From Tepidisphaera sp. (GTDB lineage: Bacteria > Planctomycetota > Phycisphaerae > Phycisphaerales > UBA1924), in assembly GCA_050916045.1 (NCBI GenBank), contig CP051526.1:2784001-2848000 (forward strand): a DNA stretch of 64,000 nt, read 5' to 3'. Shown here one piece after another: positions 27,284-36,700 of the stretch; position 1 is the stretch's first letter; every line of letters starts with the position of its first letter. The position numbers were made by a program, and so were the translations under genes. The notes beneath the pieces are model-generated. The model was given only the letters and a program-made list of their open reading frames with translations, had not been told where the DNA came from and made no database searches.

Positions 27284-29413
27284 ATGTCCGCAGGCAAGCC
27301 GCCCGAATCCGGTCAGAGCCTGTATGCCGCGCGTCGGTATGCGGAGGCGCTTCCACTGTTGATGGCTGCCGCACGGGCAGCACCAGCTGATCAGTCGTTG
27401 TGGCAAAAGGCCATTCTCGCGGCCAGCTGGACCGGAGCGCATGCACAGGCAGCCGACCTAGCTCAGCAGGCGCTGCTCCATCACCCGCAATCGGACTGGA
27501 CGTGGCGACAGCTGGGTAGCGAACTGACGGCCGTTGATCGACTGCCGGAAGCCGCGGAGGCTCTTCGGCAGGCCAAACGTTTCAACCCCGAGGCCCCTTT
27601 CCTTTGGCGGTACATGGCCGCGCTCTGCCGTAAGCAGGAGGACCTTGAAGGAGAGATTCGCGCGCTTACGCACTTGGTTGCGCTGGAGGAAGCAGACTCG
27701 AACGACCTGAATCAGCTTGGCATCGCGCACCACAACCACAGGAACATGGCGCGTGCATTAGTGTTCTACCGGTTTGCTGCAGCGATCGACACAAACCCAT
27801 CGGCCCTCTTCAACATGGGCCTCGTATTTAATGACCCCGAGGTTTCGCAGGATGCCGATGCCGCCGATGCCTATCGGCGGGTCCTGTCGATCGATCCGAG
27901 CCATAAGCGTGCTCCTGAACGCCTCGAAGCCACCAAGCGAAAACTAGTGCCACTCGCCACGGCAGCACGCCCGCTCGCCACGAGCCTTCTTCAGCCTGGC
28001 GAGCTGTTTCGCTTCTACGTCAACCCGTTCGAGCTACTCCAACTGAGCCCCCCCGATGCTAATGGCGACATGGACATCAAGGCAGTCCAGCGAGCCAAGA
28101 AACGACTGCTTCAGGAGATTGAGCTCAACGATGGCGTTGTAAGCTGGCTTGACAATTGTCACATCGACCGATCGCGTGCTCTCGAAGCCGAAGATGCGAT
28201 TCACGACGTGACACTTCGGGAGTACCACTGCGAAGTGTTCGCGAATGCCCCACTGCTCCGTTTCTTGACTCGCGGCGACATCGATCATTTCCTCTACTCG
28301 GACGCCTATTTCCCCGACCGCACACTCGAACGCACTGAAGAAGACGAGGGTTTCCTCGGCTTCCTCAGCGAACCATTCTCCAGGCAGTACAACCTGTTAC
28401 TCACGCGAGCCATCGAGCGAAAGCTGCTGCCGGTCGTCGAGGCTCTCTTTGACGGCAGACGATGGGTTCGGCCAGAAGATGAGGATGCTTGTTTCGAGGG
28501 TGCCTTCAAGCGTGTCGGGACGCTGGTCGACCTGATGCGACAAAAAGCAGATGAGGGAGCTACGACACGCGTCGAACTTCCGGAGGTACTGGCGTTGTTC
28601 AAGCAACACAGCATCCCCGAACTGTTCAACCTTCTACCAACTCCGTTCGCGTCGGCTCAGCGCGATCTGGTGTCTTCGATTCGGTCTCTTGCGATCGCCT
28701 GCTTCAATGACCACGGCGACTCGGAGCTCTCGAAGAGCGTGCTCGCACTCTGCAACCGATTCACATTTCGAAGCGTCGAGCTAACCGCCCGCCTCAAGGA
28801 AGACTACAAGACCATTGAGCGGTTGATCGCTGAGGAGCGGCAACACGAGTCGCGCCTGCAGTTCGGTGCGAATAGACCAGTAGCCATCACGAAGGAGGGC
28901 ATACGTGACGGCGCTACGTTCCTCCCGGCCGAAAGTGTTGCCGCAGTTCGCTGGGGAGCAACCATTACGAGAGGCGCAGGTGCGGATGTGTATGATTTCC
29001 TCCTCTCGGCGAGGGACGGCGCTGGGAAGTCCATCACGGTGACATGGCGATCACAAGGCGCTAGTGCTACGGAGCAAAGCGAGCACTTTTCGTCGATGAT
29101 CAGGGCCACATTGAGCTATCTTGCCGAAGACCTGATTGCTCGTCTCCGCGCACGCATTCTTTCGGGGCCACCTGTCGCGATCGGTGCCTGCACTTTGGAC
29201 CGGAATGGTGTGGCATTCCAAACCCAAGGGTTCATATTCAAAAAGGATCGCCATCTCCGGTGGGCTGACGTTGTTGCGGAGACTCGGAACGGAGACATCG
29301 TCGTGCGAAGCCGGTCACAAGAGGGCGTGGCGTGTACCCTGCCCATGCGTGACACCGATAATGCGGTCCTCTTGCCGTTTCTGACTTCCCTAATGACGCA
29401 GCGCTCGGACTAA
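27284..29413 (+). CDS. TPR-repeat protein
   Basis: Several TPR-like units in the first ~220 aa (e.g. WTWRQLGSEL...AAEALRQAKRFNP), then NPFELLQL and helical/beta domains. Confidence 0.75.
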   Translation: MSAGKPPESGQSLYAARRYAEALPLLMAAARAAPADQSLWQKAILAASWTGAHAQAADLAQQALLHHPQSDWTWRQLGSELTAVDRLPEAAEALRQAKRFNPEAPFLWRYMAALCRKQEDLEGEIRALTHLVALEEADSNDLNQLGIAHHNHRNMARALVFYRFAAAIDTNPSALFNMGLVFNDPEVSQDADAADAYRRVLSIDPSHKRAPERLEATKRKLVPLATAARPLATSLLQPGELFRFYVNPFELLQLSPPDANGDMDIKAVQRAKKRLLQEIELNDGVVSWLDNCHIDRSRALEAEDAIHDVTLREYHCEVFANAPLLRFLTRGDIDHFLYSDAYFPDRTLERTEEDEGFLGFLSEPFSRQYNLLLTRAIERKLLPVVEALFDGRRWVRPEDEDACFEGAFKRVGTLVDLMRQKADEGATTRVELPEVLALFKQHSIPELFNLLPTPFASAQRDLVSSIRSLAIACFNDHGDSELSKSVLALCNRFTFRSVELTARLKEDYKTIERLIAEERQHESRLQFGANRPVAITKEGIRDGATFLPAESVAAVRWGATITRGAGADVYDFLLSARDGAGKSITVTWRSQGASATEQSEHFSSMIRATLSYLAEDLIARLRARILSGPPVAIGACTLDRNGVAFQTQGFIFKKDRHLRWADVVAETRNGDIVVRSRSQEGVACTLPMRDTDNAVLLPFLTSLMTQRSD

Positions 29414-29432
29414 CGACCCGGAACATCCCTCT

Positions 29433-29828
29433 ATGGACATGCGAATCCAAGTACCCAAATGCATCCTCACTGCGCTCAACCAGCTTTACGACATGGAGCG
29501 GAAACTCGTGAAGTCAGGTGATGCTGCAAACATCACGCGGAACGTGGATAAGATTCGGGCTGCTTTCGCGGAAGAGGGCCTGACGGCGGCCGACATCAGT
29601 GGTGGGGTCACCGCCATACGGTTGGTCTACGAGGACCCCATGGGCCAGTCATTCAAGGAAACCCGTACGGACCTTGAAGCGTCAATCTCCGGCGCTGGCA
29701 CGAGCGATCTGGTAGTCGTTGAAGTCATCAAGCCCATCATCCGCGCCGTACTACGGGACGGTGCCGGAGAGTTTTCCAAAGTCGTCCAGAAGGGCATCGT
29801 CGTGGTCGAATCGCGGAAGGAGTGCTAA
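29433..29828 (+). CDS. Short divergent GrpE-like protein
   Basis: DPMGQSF...VVVEVIKPII...VVQKGIVVVE resembles the GrpE beta-head; directly upstream of the Hsp70 gene. Confidence 0.5.
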   Translation: MDMRIQVPKCILTALNQLYDMERKLVKSGDAANITRNVDKIRAAFAEEGLTAADISGGVTAIRLVYEDPMGQSFKETRTDLEASISGAGTSDLVVVEVIKPIIRAVLRDGAGEFSKVVQKGIVVVESRKEC

Positions 29829-29831
29829 TCA

Positions 29832-32315
29832 ATGGGGTCCATGATCAACTTCGGAATCGACCTGGGGACGACCAACTCGCTTATGGCGCGGTTCAACAAG
29901 GGTGAGGTTGAAATCTTCAAGAATCCAAACGGATTCAAAGAGACACTTCCGTCAATCGTCGGTTTCCGAAATGATCGCATTTTGGTGGGAGAGCAGGCAC
30001 GGACCTTTGCCGAGAAGGACCCGAAAAGTGTGGTGAGCCAGTTCAAGCGGAAGATGGGGACGACCGAGACCTTCAAGATCAAGTCCACAGGTCAATCCAA
30101 GACGCCGATCGAGCTCTCGGCGTTCGTGCTCAAAGAACTCAAGACTTTCGTTCACACGGGCGAGGTCCCGGATGCCGTAGTGCTCACCATCCCCGCGTCG
30201 TTCGACATGCTTCAGTCGAACGCCACGAAGGAGGCGGGCTACTCGGCAGGGTTCAAGCAAGTCGTGCTTCTCCAGGAGCCTATCGCCGCCAGCCTGGCCT
30301 ATGCGAACAAGGAAAAGGGGATCGATCTCAAGAACAGCCAGTGGATTGTGTATGACCTCGGAGGGGGCACATTCGACGTGGCGCTTGTCAAGATCGTTCA
30401 AGGCGAACTGAAAGTGGTCGACCATGAGGGTGACAACTATCTTGGCGGCGCGGATTTTGATGCGTTGATCGTTGAACAGATTGTTGTACCTGCGCTCGAG
30501 AAGCGGGGTCAGTTCAAGGACTTGCTGTCGCAAATGCGGAGTGAGTCGGGGAGGTACAACCGGCTGTGGTATCGGCTTCTCCACCTTGCCGAGCAAGCGA
30601 AGATCGAACTGTCAGCCAGGTCCTGCGCCGAGATTGAGGTCACAGTGGAGGACGACTCTGGCACGACCGTCGAAGCTATCCTTCCCATCTCTCGCTCTGA
30701 GTTTGAGTCCATCATTAAGGATTCCGTCGACCGGACAGCAGAAATGCTGAGGAAGATCCTCACCCGGAACTCGCTGCGGCCGCAGGATTTGAAGTTTGTC
30801 CTCATGGTCGGCGGCTCCACATATTCTCCGTACGTGCGACAGAGAATCGAGGAGCTTCTCGGCATCCCGGTGAACACCGGCATTGACCCGACAAACGCCA
30901 TCGCGGTGGGCGCTGCGTACTTCGCAGCCACGCGAGAGGTGAATCTTCAGCAGGGGTCTAAGCCGATTGCACCTGGTGCGATTCGGATTAAAGTGGCTTA
31001 CAACCGGGCATCGCAAGAGGCCGAGGAGATGTTCTCAGCGAAGATCGAGGGGAGCACGGAGGGGCTCTTCTACAGGATTGTCCGTGGCGACGGCGGCTAC
31101 GACAGTGGGCTGAAGGACCTGGCGGTTCGAATCGTGGAAGACCTCCCTCTTCAGGCTGACGCTTACAACGTGTTCTCGCTGAAGATCCTGGATCGGCAAA
31201 ACAACGTTGTGCCGGCAGACGTCGACACGATTCAGATCGCTCAGGGAAAGTACAGCGTCGCCGGACAGCTACTTCCCGAGGATCTCGCGCTTGTGAAAGA
31301 TGACATGGCCGGTGACACGAAGCTGGAGGCGATCTTCGCGAAGAACACCGTGCTGCCTGCACGTGCCAAGAAGACGGTCGAGGTGAGTAAGACGATCGTG
31401 CACGGCTCAGACGACCACATTCAGATCATCGTCGTGGAGGGACCGTCCGACAATCACTTTACCGCGAACAAGCGCATCGGATACTTGGTCATTTCAGGAA
31501 AGGGCCTGAAGCGAGACGTGATGCGCGGTACTGAGATCGATCTGACGTTCGAGGTCTCCGAGTCCCGAGATCTCACTGTTCAGGCCTTTGTAAACCCTTC
31601 CGGCCCGGAATTCTCGCAGGTGTTCACGCCGACACGACGGGATGTACCCGCAGCCACGCTGGCCGATGAAGTGAGGATGCTCGGCACCCGCCTGGAGGAA
31701 GAGAAGGCTGAAGCGCTTGCTAGCGAGAGATTCGAGGTCGTTGACCACCTCGATAGGCTCTTGGCACCGCTTAAGGAACTGCATGTGGAGTCCGGGCTGC
31801 TGGCGGCAGATGACGTAACCGACTCCCGTTACAAGCTCGAAGATCGCAAGCGGAAGATTGCTCAAGAGATGAATGGACTAATCGCGGGCAAGAGGGTCGA
31901 GCGCTTGCGCGGCGAGTATCGAGAGACCAAGGACCGCGTCGCGGCGCTCGTTGCCGAAAGCGGGAACGATCAGGAGCGGCGCCAGCTGCAAGAGGTGGCT
32001 GCTCGCGAGCACACATTCCTTAACTCGAACAACGCAGGCAAGATCGAGGCGGCCATAGACCACCTCGATCGAGTCTCCTTCCAGATTTTGCGTCGCACTC
32101 CTGACTTCCTCATAGGGTGGTTCCAGCATCTGTTGGAAAAGCGAGAGATGCTCAACGATCAACTTCAGGCGAAGAATCTCATCGATGCTGGAAAGAAGCA
32201 CATTGCCGTCGAAGAGTTCGACCGCTTGGCTGAAGTCAACTCACGGCTTCACGCTCTACTCCCGCAGCAGATCAAGGAGTCGGACGAGATGCGGCACTTT
32301 ACAGGCATCTGCTGA
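29832..32315 (+). CDS. Hsp70-family protein (non-housekeeping, 827 aa)
   Basis: GIDLGTTNS, VYDLGGGTFDV, LGGADFD and LMVGGST motifs; inserted region and divergent substrate-binding domain. Confidence 0.9.
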   Translation: MGSMINFGIDLGTTNSLMARFNKGEVEIFKNPNGFKETLPSIVGFRNDRILVGEQARTFAEKDPKSVVSQFKRKMGTTETFKIKSTGQSKTPIELSAFVLKELKTFVHTGEVPDAVVLTIPASFDMLQSNATKEAGYSAGFKQVVLLQEPIAASLAYANKEKGIDLKNSQWIVYDLGGGTFDVALVKIVQGELKVVDHEGDNYLGGADFDALIVEQIVVPALEKRGQFKDLLSQMRSESGRYNRLWYRLLHLAEQAKIELSARSCAEIEVTVEDDSGTTVEAILPISRSEFESIIKDSVDRTAEMLRKILTRNSLRPQDLKFVLMVGGSTYSPYVRQRIEELLGIPVNTGIDPTNAIAVGAAYFAATREVNLQQGSKPIAPGAIRIKVAYNRASQEAEEMFSAKIEGSTEGLFYRIVRGDGGYDSGLKDLAVRIVEDLPLQADAYNVFSLKILDRQNNVVPADVDTIQIAQGKYSVAGQLLPEDLALVKDDMAGDTKLEAIFAKNTVLPARAKKTVEVSKTIVHGSDDHIQIIVVEGPSDNHFTANKRIGYLVISGKGLKRDVMRGTEIDLTFEVSESRDLTVQAFVNPSGPEFSQVFTPTRRDVPAATLADEVRMLGTRLEEEKAEALASERFEVVDHLDRLLAPLKELHVESGLLAADDVTDSRYKLEDRKRKIAQEMNGLIAGKRVERLRGEYRETKDRVAALVAESGNDQERRQLQEVAAREHTFLNSNNAGKIEAAIDHLDRVSFQILRRTPDFLIGWFQHLLEKREMLNDQLQAKNLIDAGKKHIAVEEFDRLAEVNSRLHALLPQQIKESDEMRHFTGIC

Positions 32316-32384
32316 CCCGCATCACTTCAGGATCCTTGTGCACATACAGTCGGACTCTCCGAACGCCAACGGCGCACCGATAGC

Positions 32385-33389
32385 CTAGTCGTATTGTCTG
32401 TGAGCGCGTTGGTGCTCGACGATGTGGCAAGTCGTATGCCACGCGGGCTCCCGATATGCCCGTATGTCAATGACATACGGCACATCTGGTTTCCCGAACA
32501 ACTGGAGTTCCTGCGGCACCGCGAGAACCCTGCCGATGTCGATGTACCGAAATGCGCGTTCGTGGCGACCCGAGCGTGCCGCGAGGATGGCTGCCTCATG
32601 CAACGGCTCAGCCCGGGGGTCGCAAGCCGCGTGCGCTGACTCGTAGGATTCGAGTGCAGCGTCTACGTGACCGAGGGCGGCAAGCACTCTGGCTCGCAAC
32701 ATGTGCCCTTCGCTGCGGTGCCATCTGTACCCACCCTCGCTTGCAAGGTACGCGTCAAGGTTGCGGAGAGCTTGCGCCCAGAGACCCTCGTCGACGCACG
32801 CTTGTCCCAAGTAGTACAACAAGTGCGGGTCCGACGGAGCTGACAGCAATGCTCGCTCCAAGATCTGGCGGTACGGCCTTCGCCGTGAGTCGGGCCGATG
32901 CCGCACGACTGCGCCGTCGGCGGCGACAACGGGCAGCCGGCGGCCTGTCTGCGACACCAGGAGTTCGTGCACGGGGAAACGCCACGACCATAGTGACCGG
33001 CTGTAGCAACGCGGGAACCAGTGCACGAACCCGGGTGCATGCTCGCGTCGGATGCAAGCCATTGCGGCACCCTCGTCGTTGGCGTACGAAATCGCTTTCG
33101 ACAGCCAGGTCGGGTCACCCGACGGGCTAATCACATCGAGCCGTTCATCGGCATCGAACCGGACGATCCAGTCAAAACTAGCTTGGCTTGCGGCGAACGC
33201 TCGCGCCGCCGAGAAATCGTCGCGCCACTCGTACTCGCACACGGTGGCACCCAGTGCCTTGGCCTCGCGGACCGTGCCGTCATCACTTCCCGTATCGCAC
33301 ACCACGACCTCGGGCACGTTGCCGAGGCTTCGAATCGCGATCGGTAGCGATCGCTCTTCATTGCGCACGATGAACACGACACTGAACAC
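32385..33389 (-). CDS. GT2 glycosyltransferase with C-terminal TPRs
   Basis: SVVFIVRNEE, DTGSDDGT, DFSAARAFA, FDADE, PVHE; TPR-like helices. Confidence 0.85.
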   Translation of the reverse strand: MFSVVFIVRNEERSLPIAIRSLGNVPEVVVCDTGSDDGTVREAKALGATVCEYEWRDDFSAARAFAASQASFDWIVRFDADERLDVISPSGDPTWLSKAISYANDEGAAMACIRREHAPGFVHWFPRCYSRSLWSWRFPVHELLVSQTGRRLPVVAADGAVVRHRPDSRRRPYRQILERALLSAPSDPHLLYYLGQACVDEGLWAQALRNLDAYLASEGGYRWHRSEGHMLRARVLAALGHVDAALESYESAHAACDPRAEPLHEAAILAARSGRHERAFRYIDIGRVLAVPQELQLFGKPDVPYVIDIRAYREPAWHTTCHIVEHQRAHRQYD

Positions 33390-33390
33390 G

Positions 33391-33999
33391 CTACCACGTC
33401 CTCAACACGAACCGTGCCCGGCCATCGTGGGGCGGCCGTTCCTCCCACATCACCGTGTCCCCGTGCCAGCGGCATGGTCCGAAGGAAAGCCCCAAATGAA
33501 CTTCGAGTGGCCCCATCGGCATGCCTTGGACAAGCACGTTGTGGGCGAGCGCCAGCATGCGATGGTTGCCGTCGAGGATGGTGAAAGGGCCCCCGGGTGA
33601 TCGACCGAAAAGGGTGATGCGGCGCTGCATGCCGTCGACCTCGAGACCATCACTCACGAGCTGGCGCACGCGATGACGGTGCGAATCCGGGAGCGTGTCG
33701 AGCGCAGCCCACGTCGCAAGCGATCGATCCGCGGCTGACGGGTCACTGAACCAGGACTCCTCCGCGATTAGTCGAAGTCGTCCCAGATCGTCCGGCGAGG
33801 CGAGCTGCGCGCGGTACCAATCACACTGCGGCAGGAAACGGAGGAACAAGTAGCCCCGGTCAACAAGCTCCCGGTAGCGTGCTTCGGACGACGCCGGAAC
33901 CGCAACTGTTCGAGGAAGCGATTTCTCATGGAAGCACTGGGCGGACAGCATGCCAGCGATGACATCGTCGAACAAGATCTGGTTCCGCAGTTCAATCAC
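33391..33999 (-). CDS. Hypothetical protein with ParB/sulfiredoxin-like motif
   Basis: FTILDGNHRMLA motif; GTG start overlaps the upstream TGA. Confidence 0.55.
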   Translation of the reverse strand: MIELRNQILFDDVIAGMLSAQCFHEKSLPRTVAVPASSEARYRELVDRGYLFLRFLPQCDWYRAQLASPDDLGRLRLIAEESWFSDPSAADRSLATWAALDTLPDSHRHRVRQLVSDGLEVDGMQRRITLFGRSPGGPFTILDGNHRMLALAHNVLVQGMPMGPLEVHLGLSFGPCRWHGDTVMWEERPPHDGRARFVLRTW

Positions 34000-35435
34000 A
34001 GTGAACCTCTTCGAGTGAGCAGCCGCGAAGCGAGCTGTTCTCGTTCCTGCTGACTGAGTCCCGCCTGCTCGAACACGCATGACGCTCCGCCGGCCTGTCG
34101 AACAGCAGCCAGAAATGTCTCGATGGCCGCGGACGACACCCCTTGTCCACTGAGCATGTAGTCGTGCACGACGTGCTCTTCGGGAAGCCCAAGCAGCATC
34201 GCAAGCGAGGCGCAGAACCAGCCGGTGCGGTCCTTTCCCACATGGCAGTGCACCACCGTGCTGCCGTCGCGTGTGCGGAGGATGGCTCGAATGGCGTCTA
34301 TGACGCTTTGCCGATGGGCGAAGAACTGGCGCTCGTACACCGACCCGGCGTCCTTGGGCTTCGGAGTCGCGTCCTGCCGCGGAGCACCCGATAGCGGTAG
34401 CGACACGTATTCGATTTCTGTCAGCAGGTCTGCTGGGTACCTGGCCTTCTCCTCGGCGAACTCATGGGGATGCCGGAAGTCCACGATGCATCGAACCCGA
34501 TTCTGGGACAACCACGCGCGAAGTGCGGGCTCATCCTTCCAACGTGTCAGGGCCGAACTTCGGAACAGGACACCCTTGGCAACAGCGCCGTTGTACGCGT
34601 CCGCGAAATCTCGAACGTTGAAGAACAAGTCGCGGCTCAGGATGGCGTCGAGAAAGTCCGCCAGCGCGACCGCACTTCGCGCGCCGGGTGCCTGACGGTG
34701 CAGCTCCCGCACAGATTCGAGGAAGGCCGCCGCCAGACGCCGTTTGGCGTCGTTGGCCTCTGGTAGGTACATCGTGCCGCGAAGCTCACGCCATTGCAGT
34801 TGCTCGGGAAGGGACATCCGCGCTGGCAGCAGCATCTTCGGCAGGAAGAGGTAGACGGCGTTACCGCGGGCGAGTTCCACAAGCCTCGCAAGGCGATGCA
34901 GCGCCAGATTGAACTGAAAATAGAACTGATACCCGTCACTGCGTTTGTGCGCAGCAGAGCATGCCTCGAAGGCCACGATGAACTTGTCGATCTCCTCGTC
35001 GGCGAGCTGCCGGGTGTTTCTGGACACTGGCCTAGAGGCTCGTTCGACGAGAGCGTGGCAGCACTCGTCCTTGTCGAGCACGGTGGTCAGTCGCGGCGGC
35101 GGGATGTCCGGGGAGTCTGCGAGCCACGCCAACCCTTCAGGGTCCCTGACAATGTGGAGATCAACTTTGGTGAGAGCGTGGTCAATCCAAAGGGTCGCCT
35201 CCCCTCGCGCGGTCGAGCAGGTGTGGTTCCGCAGTCGGCTTCCGAATCGGCGCGTGCACGAAAGAACGATTTCAGCGATATCCGCGTCTGCACGTACTAC
35301 GAGTGCGGCGTCCAGATCCGAATGGGCATTCGCATCACCGCGTGCGAACGACCCGTACCACACCAAGGCACGCACTTGCTCATCGGTGCTGGCCCAGTCT
35401 GCGAGTGTCGTCGCGATTGCCTGCAGGTGCATCAT
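33996..35435 (-). CDS. Pol-beta-type nucleotidyltransferase fused to a Cys-dependent (PTP-like) phosphatase
   Basis: YGSFARGDANAHSDLD; C-terminal NVRDF...LFRSS...IVDFR...VHCHVGKDRTG...DYMLS. Confidence 0.8.
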   Translation of the reverse strand: MMHLQAIATTLADWASTDEQVRALVWYGSFARGDANAHSDLDAALVVRADADIAEIVLSCTRRFGSRLRNHTCSTARGEATLWIDHALTKVDLHIVRDPEGLAWLADSPDIPPPRLTTVLDKDECCHALVERASRPVSRNTRQLADEEIDKFIVAFEACSAAHKRSDGYQFYFQFNLALHRLARLVELARGNAVYLFLPKMLLPARMSLPEQLQWRELRGTMYLPEANDAKRRLAAAFLESVRELHRQAPGARSAVALADFLDAILSRDLFFNVRDFADAYNGAVAKGVLFRSSALTRWKDEPALRAWLSQNRVRCIVDFRHPHEFAEEKARYPADLLTEIEYVSLPLSGAPRQDATPKPKDAGSVYERQFFAHRQSVIDAIRAILRTRDGSTVVHCHVGKDRTGWFCASLAMLLGLPEEHVVHDYMLSGQGVSSAAIETFLAAVRQAGGASCVFEQAGLSQQEREQLASRLLTRRGSL

Positions 35436-36700
35436 CTGTTGAACGACTCCAACTGTCCGGTGACCGCTCGGACCGCCTGTGCCGCCAGCTCCGTCTGGGG
35501 CAACCGTCCATCGAGAGGCGATACGGGAGCACCCAGCCACATAGTCTGACCTCCAATGTCGCGCAAGAGCCGCTGGCCCAGGTCGCGCACAACGGATTCG
35601 ATCGGCACGCCGAAATCCGGATAGGGAGTCTCCCATTCGCGGCCTGCAATACGCGACAGGCACACATCAATCGGCGTGTCGATCCAAAGGACTATGACCT
35701 GGCCACCGCTTCGTGTGAGCGCGTGCCGGACAAGGTGGACCATCGGACCCGAGCCGGAGAACTCCAGAACACGCGGATCTGCCCGCTGCGAGTCCGCCGC
35801 GAACCTCTCCCAAGCGCGAAACTCTCCTGCGGCGGTACCATCGCTGAACTGCTGGCGGAGAGTGTCAATGCCCGTGAACGGCCAGCCAAAGTGGTCCGCC
35901 AGGTGTTTGGCGACTCCCGTCTTTCCAGACCCAATGTTGCCGATCACCACCACCTTGACTATGGCGGCTTCCTGTGTGGTCGCGCGCTCTGTCACAGCGA
36001 TCTGCAGAGCTTCTGATCCGTCAAGGCCGACCAGCACACGACGTTTGTCAAAGGTCTCCGCGAGCGCTGTTCCGTTGTAGAAGGGCTCAATCGCTGCGAA
36101 CCGACTCCTGTACGCTTCTGTTCCCGTCCGTGTGATGTGGAACCATCCACGCTGGTCGCGTGCCCGTGCAAGGCCCTTGTGGAACACATCGAGGTCGATC
36201 AGCCAACTGTCGTGGATGAAGTCGCCGTCCGGATCGATGTGTGTGCACAGCCCACGTTGGGGGCATCGGACCACTGCGGCCCTATCCCTGAAGTCACCCG
36301 CGTACGAGTAGGTTGCCACGTAGGCCGGCGAGCCGTCGATACGAACGTGGTAGCAGCGACCGTCCTGGTCACGGACCGTGCACCGGCCCTCCTGGAAGTT
36401 CCCGCACCACGAATGACGGTCCATTGTCAGCGGTCGACCATCGGGCAGGATGTGTAGCCAGCCGGATCGATCCTCGACCGCTGCCCGCTCTTCATAGAAG
36501 CCCCACGTTTGTCTGAAGCGGGTGGAGTACGCGGAGGTCCCTTGGGGCGTGATGTGGAAAGCGCCCGAGCTGTCGCGTGCCGGTGCCAACCCCGGTGCGT
36601 GAAACTTCTGCACCTGAGAGAACCTAACTGAGTACAGCGGATATCCATCGCAGATGTGATGCGTGCCGTCCGCTGCGACAATTGAACGCTGCCATGTCAC
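35432..36700 (-). CDS. WG-repeat (beta-repeat) protein fused to a P-loop kinase
   Basis: Repeats such as FYEERAAV, FQEGRCTV, FHKGLARA; C-terminal VIGNIGSGKT, adenylate-kinase-like. Confidence 0.75.
   Translation of the reverse strand: MTWQRSIVAADGTHHICDGYPLYSVRFSQVQKFHAPGLAPARDSSGAFHITPQGTSAYSTRFRQTWGFYEERAAVEDRSGWLHILPDGRPLTMDRHSWCGNFQEGRCTVRDQDGRCYHVRIDGSPAYVATYSYAGDFRDRAAVVRCPQRGLCTHIDPDGDFIHDSWLIDLDVFHKGLARARDQRGWFHITRTGTEAYRSRFAAIEPFYNGTALAETFDKRRVLVGLDGSEALQIAVTERATTQEAAIVKVVVIGNIGSGKTGVAKHLADHFGWPFTGIDTLRQQFSDGTAAGEFRAWERFAADSQRADPRVLEFSGSGPMVHLVRHALTRSGGQVIVLWIDTPIDVCLSRIAGREWETPYPDFGVPIESVVRDLGQRLLRDIGGQTMWLGAPVSPLDGRLPQTELAAQAVRAVTGQLESFNR

Noticed and set aside
29832..32315. Housekeeping dnaK
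   Set aside because: Too long, divergent substrate-binding region, no canonical dnaJ or full-length grpE, and island context.
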